NCBI GenBank assembly: GCA_002293685.1
Contig: DBDS01000004.1
Span: 100,479 to 155,567 of the forward strand
Origin: Patescibacteria group bacterium UBA926
Lineage (GTDB): Bacteria; Patescibacteriota; Doudnabacteria; UBA920
Length of the DNA stretch: 55,089 bases
Reading direction: 5' to 3'
The translations under genes and the position numbers were made by a program. Below are positions 1-9,001 of the stretch, one piece after another; position 1 is the stretch's first letter; each line of letters begins with the position of its first letter. The notes beneath the pieces are model-generated. The model saw only the letters and a list, made by a program, of their open reading frames with translations. It had not been told where the DNA came from and ran no database searches.

Positions 1-1
1 A

Positions 2-235
2 CGTCGTAAAGAAATGGTAAAGCTTGTTGGTCAAATCGAAGAACAAGCTCGCATTGGAATTCGTAAAGTGCGTGAAGAAATTATGAAAACAGTAAAGCAT
101 AGCGAAACAGAAGGGAAGAGCACAAAAGACGATGTAGCTGATGCACAGAAACAGGTTCAAGTGATTGTCGATAAATACAACGATCAGATTAAAGAAACAG
201 CCAAGGGTAAAGAAACTGAATTAATGACAGTTTAA
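2..235 (+). CDS. frr: ribosome recycling factor, C-terminal part (5' end lies outside the window)
   Basis: The frame is open from the window edge. The sequence RRKEMVKLVGQIEEQARIGIRKVREE...KETELMTV matches the conserved C-terminal helical region of Frr. Confidence 0.85.
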   Translation, partial: RRKEMVKLVGQIEEQARIGIRKVREEIMKTVKHSETEGKSTKDDVADAQKQVQVIVDKYNDQIKETAKGKETELMTV

Positions 236-242
236 ATTAACA

Positions 243-341
243 GTCATCCTGAGGCTGTAAGCCGAAGGATCTCGGATGAGATTCTTCGCTTCGTCCGCAC
301 AAAATCTTCGCGAGATTTAGGCGGACTACGCTCAGAATGAC
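243..341. repeat. convergent pair of hairpin elements (GTCATCCTGAG..CGAAGGATCTC on plus, GTCATTCTGAG..CGAAGAATCTC on minus)
   Basis: This was read directly. The plus copy is at 243-273 and the minus copy at 274-341. Confidence 0.85.
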
Positions 342-352
342 AATACTACTAA

Positions 353-1537
353 ATGATCATCACAATAATAATCTTCATAGCCGTACTATCCTTGCTTGTG
401 TTTGTACACGAGCTAGGTCACTTTGTTGTGGCGAAGCGTTCTGGTATGGGTGTTCATGAATTTGGGTTTGGATTTCCACCACGATTAATCGGTCTTCAAA
501 AAGTGCCCGTCTATAAAAATAATGCAGACGGGCATCCTGAGCCTGTCGAAGGATCAGGGCGATGGCGAGTTGTGTGGCGAAAACAAGAAACATCTACGGA
601 TGCCACTATATATTCCATTAACGCGATACCTCTCGGTGGTTTCGTGAAAATTATGGGCGAAGATAACGATGAGGCTTCTGATCCAAAAAGTTTTAGTAAC
701 AAATCTTTTGGTGCAAGATTTTTAACTCTCGCAGCAGGTGTTCTCATGAACGTGTTAACTGCGTGGGTGATCTTCTCGATAGGTTTTATGATTGGTTTAC
801 CTGTTGCAGTAAACGAATTAGCTGATTTACCTTCTGGTGGGAAATTCACCGAACAGCAAATCTTAATTGGGCAAGTTCGTGAAGGAAGTGCCGCGGAAAC
901 TGCCGGTCTAAAAGATAGTGATATTATTCTTTCAGTTGATGACCAATCAATCAATGAAATTACTAACTTACAACAATACATTCAAACTCAGCAAGGAGAA
1001 GTGATTAATTTCGAAGTAAAAAGATTAAATGAAGTACTCGAGATTCCAGTCACGACAAGCTTAGATGCAAGTCCTGAGCAGGGAATTGTTGGGATTGGTT
1101 TGGGATACTTTGGTAAACTGAGTTTTAACCCACCTCAAGCGATTTTTCAAGGAGCAAAAACCACAGTAAATCAACTCCAAGCAATTTTCACAGGATTGTA
1201 TAGTATTTTCACAACTTCTGAGGGTATAAAAGGTGTAGGTGGTCCAGTAAAAATTGCTCAACTCACTGGTCAGGTAGCTGATTTAGGATTATTACCACTT
1301 CTTCAGTTCACAGCTTTTCTTTCTTTAAACTTAGCAATACTTAACTCCTTACCGCTCCCAGCACTCGATGGCGGACGAATGTTATTCTTAATTATAGAGA
1401 AGCTTCGTGGCAAACCGAATAACCAGAAGATAGAACAGTACGCGAATGCAATTGGTTTCATGGCTTTGCTATTACTGATGTTAGTAATCACTGCGCGCGA
1501 CGTTTCTCAGCTCGAGTCAATTAAAAATCTTTTCTAG
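353..1537 (+). CDS. rseP: RseP-like site-2 (M50) zinc metalloprotease with PDZ domain
   Basis: It has an N-terminal HELGH motif in a TM helix and a central PDZ-like segment (GSAAETAGLKDSDIILSVDD). It also has a C-terminal NSLPLPALDGG motif and is multi-TM. Confidence 0.8.
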   Translation: MIITIIIFIAVLSLLVFVHELGHFVVAKRSGMGVHEFGFGFPPRLIGLQKVPVYKNNADGHPEPVEGSGRWRVVWRKQETSTDATIYSINAIPLGGFVKIMGEDNDEASDPKSFSNKSFGARFLTLAAGVLMNVLTAWVIFSIGFMIGLPVAVNELADLPSGGKFTEQQILIGQVREGSAAETAGLKDSDIILSVDDQSINEITNLQQYIQTQQGEVINFEVKRLNEVLEIPVTTSLDASPEQGIVGIGLGYFGKLSFNPPQAIFQGAKTTVNQLQAIFTGLYSIFTTSEGIKGVGGPVKIAQLTGQVADLGLLPLLQFTAFLSLNLAILNSLPLPALDGGRMLFLIIEKLRGKPNNQKIEQYANAIGFMALLLLMLVITARDVSQLESIKNLF

Positions 1538-1539
1538 CA

Positions 1540-2784
1540 ATGAAGCAATCACAATATTTTTCCAGAACTAGCAAGACTGCACCTAAAGACGACGTTTCGG
1601 TAAACGCGCGTTTGTTAGAGCAAGCTGGATTTGTTCACAAAGAAATGGCAGGAGTTTATTCCTACTTGCCACTGGGCTGGCGCGTTCTTCAAAAAATTGA
1701 AAATATAATCCGTGAGGAAATGAACGCAATCGGTGGTCAAGAAATTTTGATGCCAGCGATGCAGCCTAAAGAAAACTGGCAAGCAACTGGACGTTGGGAT
1801 AGTTTAGATGTGTTATTCAAGATTAAGTCACAGCATGATAACGAGTACGCGCTTGGCCCAACTCACGAAGAAATCGTAACTCCGTTAGGAGTTGGGCGAA
1901 TCAGTTCATACCGTGATTTGCCTTTAGCTGTTTACCAAATTCAAACAAAGTTCCGCGATGAAGCTCGTGCAAAATCTGGATTAATGCGTGGGCGCGAGTT
2001 TCGAATGAAAGATTTGTATAGTTTTCACACTACCGAAGAGGATCTAGCGCGATACTACAAAGTCGTCGCCGAATCTTACACAAAGATTTTTAATCGTCTA
2101 GGAATTCCTGCTTTGTATGTCGAAGCAGATGGCGGGACGTTTGCAAAATATTCTCACGAGTTTCAGGTGGAAACCCCAAATGGTGAAGACGTAGTGTATG
2201 TGTGCAATAAATGCCAACTTGCTGTAAATAAAGAAATCTTTTCTGATGAAAAAACTTGTACAGATTGTGGTGAGAAAGATTATCGAGAAACCAAAGCCAG
2301 CGAAGTCGGCAATATTTTTGAACTCAAAACCAAATTCTCCGAAAGCTTTAAATTGACTTATACAGACGAAGACGGTTCTCAAAAACCGGTATTAATGGGT
2401 TGTTACGGAATCGGACCTTCGCGTATCATGGGCGTTATCGTCGAGGAACATCATGACGAAGCTGGAATTATCTGGCCAGAGTCAGTTTCTCCTTTCGCCG
2501 TCCATCTAATTGCGTTGGGTGGGAAGGATGCAGAAGTATCAGAGCAGGCCGAAAAATTGTATTCCAACCTACTGGCGGCAGGCGTCGAAGTGTTATATGA
2601 TGACAGGACAGAAGCGTCAGCCGGGCAAAAGTTTGCGGATAGCGATCTGATTGGTATTCCCAACCGAGTCATAATTTCCAGCAAGACTATCGCGGAAAAC
2701 AGCGTAGAGCTTAAAAATCGCGCCTCGGGTGACACTAGTTTAGTACCTCTTAATCAAATCATGGAAAAGTTTAGCAATGCTTGA
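1540..2784 (+). CDS. proS: prolyl-tRNA synthetase, short form lacking the INS editing domain
   Basis: It has a class II catalytic core (GPTHEE, FRDEARAKSGLMRGREF, GCYGIG) and a C-terminal anticodon-binding domain. It is only 414 aa. Confidence 0.85.
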   Translation: MKQSQYFSRTSKTAPKDDVSVNARLLEQAGFVHKEMAGVYSYLPLGWRVLQKIENIIREEMNAIGGQEILMPAMQPKENWQATGRWDSLDVLFKIKSQHDNEYALGPTHEEIVTPLGVGRISSYRDLPLAVYQIQTKFRDEARAKSGLMRGREFRMKDLYSFHTTEEDLARYYKVVAESYTKIFNRLGIPALYVEADGGTFAKYSHEFQVETPNGEDVVYVCNKCQLAVNKEIFSDEKTCTDCGEKDYRETKASEVGNIFELKTKFSESFKLTYTDEDGSQKPVLMGCYGIGPSRIMGVIVEEHHDEAGIIWPESVSPFAVHLIALGGKDAEVSEQAEKLYSNLLAAGVEVLYDDRTEASAGQKFADSDLIGIPNRVIISSKTIAENSVELKNRASGDTSLVPLNQIMEKFSNA

Positions 2785-3829
2785 CTTCTTATTTAAAAGA
2801 TTTTCACAGGATTTAGGAATAGATCTTGGCACCGCTAATACCCTCGTCTATGTTAAAGGCAAGGGTATTGTTATCAATGAACCTTCTGTGGTTGCGATTA
2901 ACCAGCGTACCAAACAGATTTTGGCGATTGGAAACGAAGCGCAAAAAATGGTTGGCCGAACACCAACACATATTGTCGCTACCAGACCTTTGGTAGACGG
3001 AGTTATTTCTGATTTCGAAATTACAGAGGCAATGCTTCGTTACTTTATCGATAAAGTTCACAATCAAACTTATAGCTTCCTACGTCGACCTCGCGTCGTG
3101 ATTGGTATTCCATCCGGTGTCACCGAAGTAGAGAAGCGTGCTGTGCAAGACGCGGCGATTAACGCAGGCGCGCGCGAAGCATTCTTAATTGAAGAACCAA
3201 TGGCAGCGAGTATTGGCGCTAGGCTCCCTGTTCAAGATGCGCAAGGTTCAATGATTATTGACATCGGTGGTGGAACTACTGAAATCGCTGTGTTGTCTTT
3301 GGGAGGCGTGGTTATTGCGCGCAGTATGAGAATTGCAGGTGATACTCTTAACGAACATATCGTGCAGTACGCACGGGATAATTTTGGCATGCTAATTGGC
3401 CTTCGCACTGCAGAAGAAATTAAAATTAAAATTGGTTCCGCATATCCTTTAGCTGAACAGTTAACCGCTAGTTTACGCGGTCGCGATTTAGTTTCTGGTT
3501 TACCAAAAGAAATTATTGTTACCGATACTCATATCCGAGAAGCTTTGGCGCCAGCAGTTAAAACTATTCTTAACAGTGTGAAAGCTGTCATAGAAGAAAT
3601 TCCTCCAGAAATTATTTCGGACATTATGCATCGTGGAATTATGCTTGCTGGTGGCGGTGCTCAGCTTCGTGGGCTTGATCAGTTAATTCGCGATGAAACT
3701 AAAATGCCGGTAACAATTGCCGATGACCCTCTTACTTGCGTAGTACGAGGAACAGGAATCGTTGTTGAGGATTTAGAATCACTCCGTGACGTATTGCTTC
3801 CTACAGATTTTTCTCGAATTCCAAAGTAA
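2777..3829 (+). CDS. mreB: rod-shape actin homologue MreB
   Basis: It carries the MreB signatures DLGIDLGTANTLVY, DIGGGTTEIAV and MLAGGGAQLRGLD. It overlaps the proS stop by 8 nt. Confidence 0.92.
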   Translation: MLDFLFKRFSQDLGIDLGTANTLVYVKGKGIVINEPSVVAINQRTKQILAIGNEAQKMVGRTPTHIVATRPLVDGVISDFEITEAMLRYFIDKVHNQTYSFLRRPRVVIGIPSGVTEVEKRAVQDAAINAGAREAFLIEEPMAASIGARLPVQDAQGSMIIDIGGGTTEIAVLSLGGVVIARSMRIAGDTLNEHIVQYARDNFGMLIGLRTAEEIKIKIGSAYPLAEQLTASLRGRDLVSGLPKEIIVTDTHIREALAPAVKTILNSVKAVIEEIPPEIISDIMHRGIMLAGGGAQLRGLDQLIRDETKMPVTIADDPLTCVVRGTGIVVEDLESLRDVLLPTDFSRIPK

Positions 3830-3993
3830 TAGAAAGTAGATAGTAGGGAGTAGAAAATAGAGAATAGTAGATAGTAAATGGTAACTAGTAGCAGGTAAAG
3901 GGTAAGTCATAATAAACCTCTCAAATTTACAACCTAATTAAACATAACTGACTACTTATTACTTCCTATCTCCTACTTACTACTCACTAATCC

Positions 3994-4794
3994 ATGCGCT
4001 TTATATACACAAAAACATTCTTTATATTTGCTGCCGTTCTAGTGGGAATATTAATTGCGCTAGTCATGCAGGTGAAAGGTTGGTTTTCACCAATCGAGTA
4101 TTTGTTATTGCAATTACCAAGACCAGCTATTACTGCTGTGAATGCGGTAGTGAGACCTATATCTACTGTGACGAGTACACTAACAAGCCTTCCTGAGCTT
4201 GTCAGAGAAAACACAGCGCTTCAATCAAAGAATGCTGAACTCACTCAACAATTAGTTGAGCTTGAGCAATTGAGGGCGCAGAACGAAACTTTGCGTTCAG
4301 AATTAGAGTTCGTTGAAAGATCTCCGTTTACACTTGAGCCTTGTACAGTCCTCTCAATTGACCCTCAAAGCACAAGCGACGCAATTGTTATAAATTGTGG
4401 TGAGGATACCGGAATAAAACCAGGACAGGCTGTTATTAGTAATGGATACTTGGCTGCAAAAATTATTCATGTGGGCAGATTTAACTCAACTGCGATTCTA
4501 ATTACTAGCAGTCAATCTTCTGTAGATGCGCAATCATCTCGTTCTAATAATGAAGGTGTTGTTAAGGGTTCATTCGGCTCAGGATTAGTTCTCGATTTGG
4601 TTTCGCAATCAGCAGATATCAAACCAGGAGATTTAATTGTCACCGCAGGTATTAATCCTGAAGTGCCAAGAAATATTTTAATTGGTTCTGTTGATCAAGT
4701 TCTCTCAGGTGATAATGATTTATTTAAGCGTTTGACTTTAGTTTCACCAATCAAAACCCACCGTTTAGATTATGTCTTTGTAGTTAAACCGTAA
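3994..4794 (+). CDS. mreC: rod-shape protein MreC
   Basis: It has an N-terminal TM helix, a coiled coil (NAELTQQLVELEQLRAQNETLR) and a C-terminal beta-rich domain. It sits between mreB and mreD. Confidence 0.75.
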   Translation: MRFIYTKTFFIFAAVLVGILIALVMQVKGWFSPIEYLLLQLPRPAITAVNAVVRPISTVTSTLTSLPELVRENTALQSKNAELTQQLVELEQLRAQNETLRSELEFVERSPFTLEPCTVLSIDPQSTSDAIVINCGEDTGIKPGQAVISNGYLAAKIIHVGRFNSTAILITSSQSSVDAQSSRSNNEGVVKGSFGSGLVLDLVSQSADIKPGDLIVTAGINPEVPRNILIGSVDQVLSGDNDLFKRLTLVSPIKTHRLDYVFVVKP

Positions 4795-4799
4795 TTACC

Positions 4800-5330
4800 A
4801 TGAAATGGCTGTTATACATTTTAATAATCGTAATGGTGGTTTTGATCAATCAAACCATTTTTCGACTAACCGATTTTGGGTTTTTCGTACCAGACTTATT
4901 ATTGCTGTTTAGTTTGGTAGTAGTTTGGTCTTTAAACAATTTTGATTATTTAATTTTTGGAATACTCGGCGGGATCTGGCTCGAAATATTTTTAGGTTTA
5001 CCAATTGGTTCATTCAGCTTGGGACTAATCTTAGTAGGAAGTCTCGCCTACTTGGCAATCAACCGCTGGTTGTTCTCAGAAAAACCTTGGCAATATTTTT
5101 TGGGAGCGGTTTTCTTAGGAACTTTGTTGATTAGAATTTGGTTATGGCTATTTACGACTTTCTTGTTCAACATGGAGTTTACTAATTTGGTTGTGGGTAT
5201 CGACTATGTTTGGCGAGGATTCCTGCCCACATTATTGGTGAATTTATTGTTAATCTACCCAGTTTTCGCCATTGTGGAAATTTTTGCTAAATATTTACAA
5301 TCTTTTTCCCGAAATAAACTACAATTATAA
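4800..5330 (+). CDS. mreD: rod-shape protein MreD (polytopic membrane protein)
   Basis: This is a hydrophobic 176-aa protein located between mreC and mrdA. The call rests mainly on position. Confidence 0.55.
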   Translation: MKWLLYILIIVMVVLINQTIFRLTDFGFFVPDLLLLFSLVVVWSLNNFDYLIFGILGGIWLEIFLGLPIGSFSLGLILVGSLAYLAINRWLFSEKPWQYFLGAVFLGTLLIRIWLWLFTTFLFNMEFTNLVVGIDYVWRGFLPTLLVNLLLIYPVFAIVEIFAKYLQSFSRNKLQL

Positions 5331-5336
5331 GTACAT

Positions 5337-7307
5337 ATGAATCCTATTGAGAGAAACCCATTTTTTATAGAATCAGGTTCTTCGGCTAAGTCGGCGAAGC
5401 AGGGTTTGGAGTGGGAAGAAGGAGTTCAGGCAGGTTCTGGGGGTGTTGAGGGTTATGATGAAACCATTGAACGAACTCCAAACACATTCCGAAGTTTAAA
5501 AATCGGAGTTTTGTTCGTTGGTGCTGTTTTGGGACTACAGTTAGTAAACTTACAAGTTGTTCAAGGTGAAAAGATGCGAGCGCTTTCGGAAGGTAATCGC
5601 TTACGTCTTCAAACAATTTTGGCACCACGTGGATTCATTCAAGATCGTAACGGTGAAGTGTTGGCAAAAAATACTGCGAGTTTTAATTTGGCTTTGACTC
5701 CAATTGATATTCCCGATAACAACACAGCAGAAATTTTTTCAAAAGTTAGTGAGCAGTTTGGAATACCTCCTCAAGAGATTGTCGAGAAGCTTGAGAACCA
5801 TCGGGGAAGTCAGCTCGAACCGATTATTATCAAACGAAATATAACTCAGCAAGAAAGTATTGCGTTCGAAGTAAATGCACAAAGTCTACCAGGTTTTTCT
5901 TTAGTGAATATTCCGGTACGAGATTACCCGACTCCAGAAGTCTTTTCACACACTCTTGGATACACAGGTTTAATTTCCGATGCAGAATATAAGAATTTAC
6001 GAGACCAAAATTATTGGTTAAATGATTTTATAGGCAAGAGTGGTATAGAGCAATCTTACGAAAATTATTTGCGAGGAGTAAATGGAAATAAACAAGTTGA
6101 AGTAGATAGTAAGGGGAACGCAATAAAAGAAATTGGAATAGTTGAACCTGAGCCAGGAAATATTGTCGAACTTTCTATCGATGCGGGATTGCAAAGAAAG
6201 ATTTACGAAGACTTTACGAAGAGTTCTGTTGGGAATAAGGGTGCGGCTGTTGCTATGAATCCAAAGACTGGTGAGATTTTGGCTTTAGTTTCCGTTCCCG
6301 GGTTTAATAATAATTTATTTGCTCCTGGGATAAAAAACGAAGATTATCAGAAGATGCTTACCGATAAAAATCTTCCGCTGTTTAATCGAGCCATCGCTGG
6401 GATTTATCCTCCTGGTTCCGTAATTAAACCTGTTGGTGCGGCAGCTGTTCTTCAGGAAGGTGTTGTTACTAAAGATACTATCATCGTAGATAGAGGTGTG
6501 ATTGTGATCCCTAATCAGTTTAATCCTGCTATCACTTATAACTTCGTTGGTTGGAAGCGCGATGGTTTAGGACCGATGGATGTTCGAAGCGCGATTTCTG
6601 AAAGTAGCGATATTTATTTCTACATAGTGTCTGGTGGACACCCATCATCACCAATTAAAGGAATCGGAGCTGAAAAGTTGGCAGAGTATTACGAAAGATT
6701 TGGAATGGGAAAGCTGACCGGTATAGATATAGCTGGTGAGAAACCAGCCCGCATTGCCACACCCACATGGAAAGCAAACTATTACACCAACGACGCAATT
6801 ATGGCAAAGTGGTATTTGGGAGACACATACCACATTTCCATTGGACAAGGAGACATGTTAGCAACACCTCTTCAGGTTACAGCTTGGACAGCTGCAGTAG
6901 CTAATGATGGAGTCTTAAATAAACCACGATTACTAAAACAAGTTTTAGACCAAAACCGTCAGACTATATTTACACCAGAAGCCGAGGTATTTATTAATGC
7001 TGGAATCGATATGGAACACATGCGAGTTGTTCAAGCTGGCATGAGAGATAATGTAACTTCAGAAAAAGGTAGTGGGCGTTCACTTCAAAGTTTGCCAATC
7101 ACGGCAGCAGGGAAAACAGGAACTTCGCAGTTCGATGGCAGTGATCCTAAAAAGACTCACGCGTGGTACACAGCTTATGCGCCATACGAGAATCCCGAAA
7201 TTGCAATTACAGTTTTGGTCGAAGCAGGTGGTGAAGGTCACGCGGCGGCTGTACCAATAGTGAAAAATGCTTTACAATGGTGGGCAGAAAATCGAATGGG
7301 TAAATGA
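5337..7307 (+). CDS. mrdA: penicillin-binding protein 2 (elongasome transpeptidase)
   Basis: It has a PBP dimerisation domain plus a transpeptidase domain (PGSVIKP = SxxK, SESSD = SxN-like, KTGTS = KTG). It follows mreBCD. Confidence 0.85.
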   Translation: MNPIERNPFFIESGSSAKSAKQGLEWEEGVQAGSGGVEGYDETIERTPNTFRSLKIGVLFVGAVLGLQLVNLQVVQGEKMRALSEGNRLRLQTILAPRGFIQDRNGEVLAKNTASFNLALTPIDIPDNNTAEIFSKVSEQFGIPPQEIVEKLENHRGSQLEPIIIKRNITQQESIAFEVNAQSLPGFSLVNIPVRDYPTPEVFSHTLGYTGLISDAEYKNLRDQNYWLNDFIGKSGIEQSYENYLRGVNGNKQVEVDSKGNAIKEIGIVEPEPGNIVELSIDAGLQRKIYEDFTKSSVGNKGAAVAMNPKTGEILALVSVPGFNNNLFAPGIKNEDYQKMLTDKNLPLFNRAIAGIYPPGSVIKPVGAAAVLQEGVVTKDTIIVDRGVIVIPNQFNPAITYNFVGWKRDGLGPMDVRSAISESSDIYFYIVSGGHPSSPIKGIGAEKLAEYYERFGMGKLTGIDIAGEKPARIATPTWKANYYTNDAIMAKWYLGDTYHISIGQGDMLATPLQVTAWTAAVANDGVLNKPRLLKQVLDQNRQTIFTPEAEVFINAGIDMEHMRVVQAGMRDNVTSEKGSGRSLQSLPITAAGKTGTSQFDGSDPKKTHAWYTAYAPYENPEIAITVLVEAGGEGHAAAVPIVKNALQWWAENRMGK

Positions 7308-7406
7308 CACGTAAGTGTCATCCTGCTTGTCTTTCGAAGCTAAAGCGGACTGGGCTGCAAAGGCGCTCGTTTAGCACACAAACTAATCGTCAGATGGGGT
7401 AAAGGA

Positions 7407-8240
7407 ATGTTAATAGACGGACGCGCGATTGCGCATGATTTAAATTTGCACACCAAACAGCGAATTGAGAGATTATCTTTTAGACCGCTTTTGGTTGATA
7501 TAGTCGTGGGGAATGATCCTGCGTCTTTGTCGTACGTCAAAATTAAGGAGAAGAAAGCGTTGGAGTCTGGTTTATTATTTGAACTTCATCAACTACCTTT
7601 CGAATCTACAACTGAAGAAGTAATTTCAAAAATTGAAGAATTATCTGCTCGAGAAGAACTTTGTGGTTTGATAATTCAATTACCTCTACCTTCATATCTA
7701 GATACCAAACAAATTTTGGATACTATTCCCGAAAGAGTTGATGTCGATTTATTGAACTCGAGGTCGAGCGAAAAATTTTACAGTAACGAAAGTGACTTAA
7801 TTCCACCGACCGCTGGTGCAGTAGTCCAGATTTTAGATTCATTACCTGAAGATTGGAATACCAAAAAATTTCTTGTTTTAGGCCAAGGCGAGTTAGTTGG
7901 AAAGCCTGTGGCTCATTTATTGAAGCAGCGCGGTTATGATGTAGCTGTTGCTGATAATAGCACTACTGAGGTCGACCAAATGCTTCTAGAGGCCGATTGT
8001 GTGATTTCTGGTGTGGGTAAGCCTGGTTTGGTTACTGGGGATAAACTAAAGCAAGATGTGGTCGTGATTGATGCAGGAACTTCAGAGGCAGAAGGTTCAA
8101 TTAAGGGAGATGTTGAGCAAGAAACCGTAGAACTTAAAGCTAAATACTTAACTCCAGTGCCGGGAGGGGTTGGACCTATCACTGTAGCAAAGCTTCTTGA
8201 AAATGTTCTGTTGGTCGCTGAGAGCCGTCAAAAGGGTTGA
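7407..8240 (+). CDS. folD: bifunctional methylenetetrahydrofolate dehydrogenase/cyclohydrolase
   Basis: It contains VGNDPASLSYVKIKEKK, IQLPLP, VLGQGELVGKPVA and TPVPGGVGPITVA, which are typical FolD motifs. Confidence 0.85.
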   Translation: MLIDGRAIAHDLNLHTKQRIERLSFRPLLVDIVVGNDPASLSYVKIKEKKALESGLLFELHQLPFESTTEEVISKIEELSAREELCGLIIQLPLPSYLDTKQILDTIPERVDVDLLNSRSSEKFYSNESDLIPPTAGAVVQILDSLPEDWNTKKFLVLGQGELVGKPVAHLLKQRGYDVAVADNSTTEVDQMLLEADCVISGVGKPGLVTGDKLKQDVVVIDAGTSEAEGSIKGDVEQETVELKAKYLTPVPGGVGPITVAKLLENVLLVAESRQKG

Positions 8241-8278
8241 CCCTGTTAAACAAATCCGCCTAGGCGGGTTTAACAGGG
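8241..8278. repeat. second palindrome family: CCCTGTTAAAC-(inner hairpin)-GTTTAACAGGG
   Basis: It has 10-11 bp perfect outer arms and the inner palindrome CCGCCTAGGCGG. A second copy is at 37155-37191. Confidence 0.8.
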
Positions 8279-8388
8279 TTGACACCAAGCGAGAATAGTT
8301 GTAACATTAGCTCACTCAGATTGAGTAGCGAAACTAATAACTTTCTTGTTAATCAGCAGAAGTTGATGGCGAGGAAGTTTTAAATAAT

Positions 8389-8850
8389 ATGTCTAAAAAA
8401 TACTTACTGACCCAAGAAGGGTTACTAAAATTGAATGATGAATTAAAGGCTTTAGTTACCGAGAAGCGTCCTGGCGTTATTGAACGCATCCGTGAAGCAG
8501 CTGCGCATGGCGATCTTTCCGAGAATGCAGATTACGCTCAGGCTCGCGAGGAACAAAGTTTTATCGAAGGTCGTATCCAAGAAATTGAAGATATGATTAA
8601 AAACGCCGAGATTATTACAGCTGCAACTCAGCACAATAATGTTACAATCGGCTCAACTGTTACTGTAAAAACAGGTGGCGAAGAAAAATCTTATGCGATT
8701 GTTGGAAGCAATGAAGCTAATCCAGGCGCTGGAAAAATTTCCAACGAATCTACTGTAGGCAAAGCTTTGCTTAGCAAAAAAGTTGGCGATAAAGTCACAG
8801 TTTCAACTCCAGCAGGTGATAAAGAATACGAAATTGTCTCTATAAATTGA
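8389..8850 (+). CDS. greA: transcription elongation factor GreA
   Basis: It has the coiled-coil N-terminus with the acidic tip (HGDLSENADYAQAREEQ) and a C-terminal FKBP-like domain. It is 153 aa. Confidence 0.9.
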   Translation: MSKKYLLTQEGLLKLNDELKALVTEKRPGVIERIREAAAHGDLSENADYAQAREEQSFIEGRIQEIEDMIKNAEIITAATQHNNVTIGSTVTVKTGGEEKSYAIVGSNEANPGAGKISNESTVGKALLSKKVGDKVTVSTPAGDKEYEIVSIN

Positions 8851-8877
8851 CACAATTTTTTAAGTGATAAAAATTGT

Positions 8878-8935
8878 GTCATCCCGGAAGCCATAAGTCC
8901 TGAGAGAATTCGAAGGACGCAGGCTATCCGGGATC
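8878..8935 (+). repeat. nested hairpin element (GTCATCCCGGAAGCC[..TCCTGAG..CGAAGGA..]GGCTATCCGGGATC)
   Basis: The outer arms are identical in type to the 42375 copy, but the loop is replaced by a second element core. Confidence 0.8.
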
Positions 8936-8940
8936 TAAAA

Positions 8941-8968
8941 AACCGCTTTCAGTGAAGCGGTTTTTTTG
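8941..8968 (+). terminator. rho-independent terminator after greA
   Basis: The ACCGCTT/AAGCGGT stem is followed by a T7 tract. Confidence 0.8.
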
Positions 8969-9001
8969 TTATAATTAGGTAGTTATTTACAAATTTAGTA
9001 C

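Noticed and set aside
511-981. Antisense or alternative-frame ORFs inside well-supported genes. Examples are 511-981, 2098-2382, 2813-3067, 7934-8182, 20566-20871, 23097-23360, 33725-33958, 47614-47967, 48324-48650 and 48976-49266.
   Set aside because: Each lies within a gene that has clear family motifs on the other strand or frame. None has recognisable motifs or translation signals.
7308-7406. ZTP (pfl) or THF riboswitch upstream of folD.
   Set aside because: Only a loose GGACTGGGC resemblance was seen. The conserved 3' CCGCCTGGGC pseudoknot partner of ZTP and the THF core motifs are absent. The region starts with a partial hairpin element.
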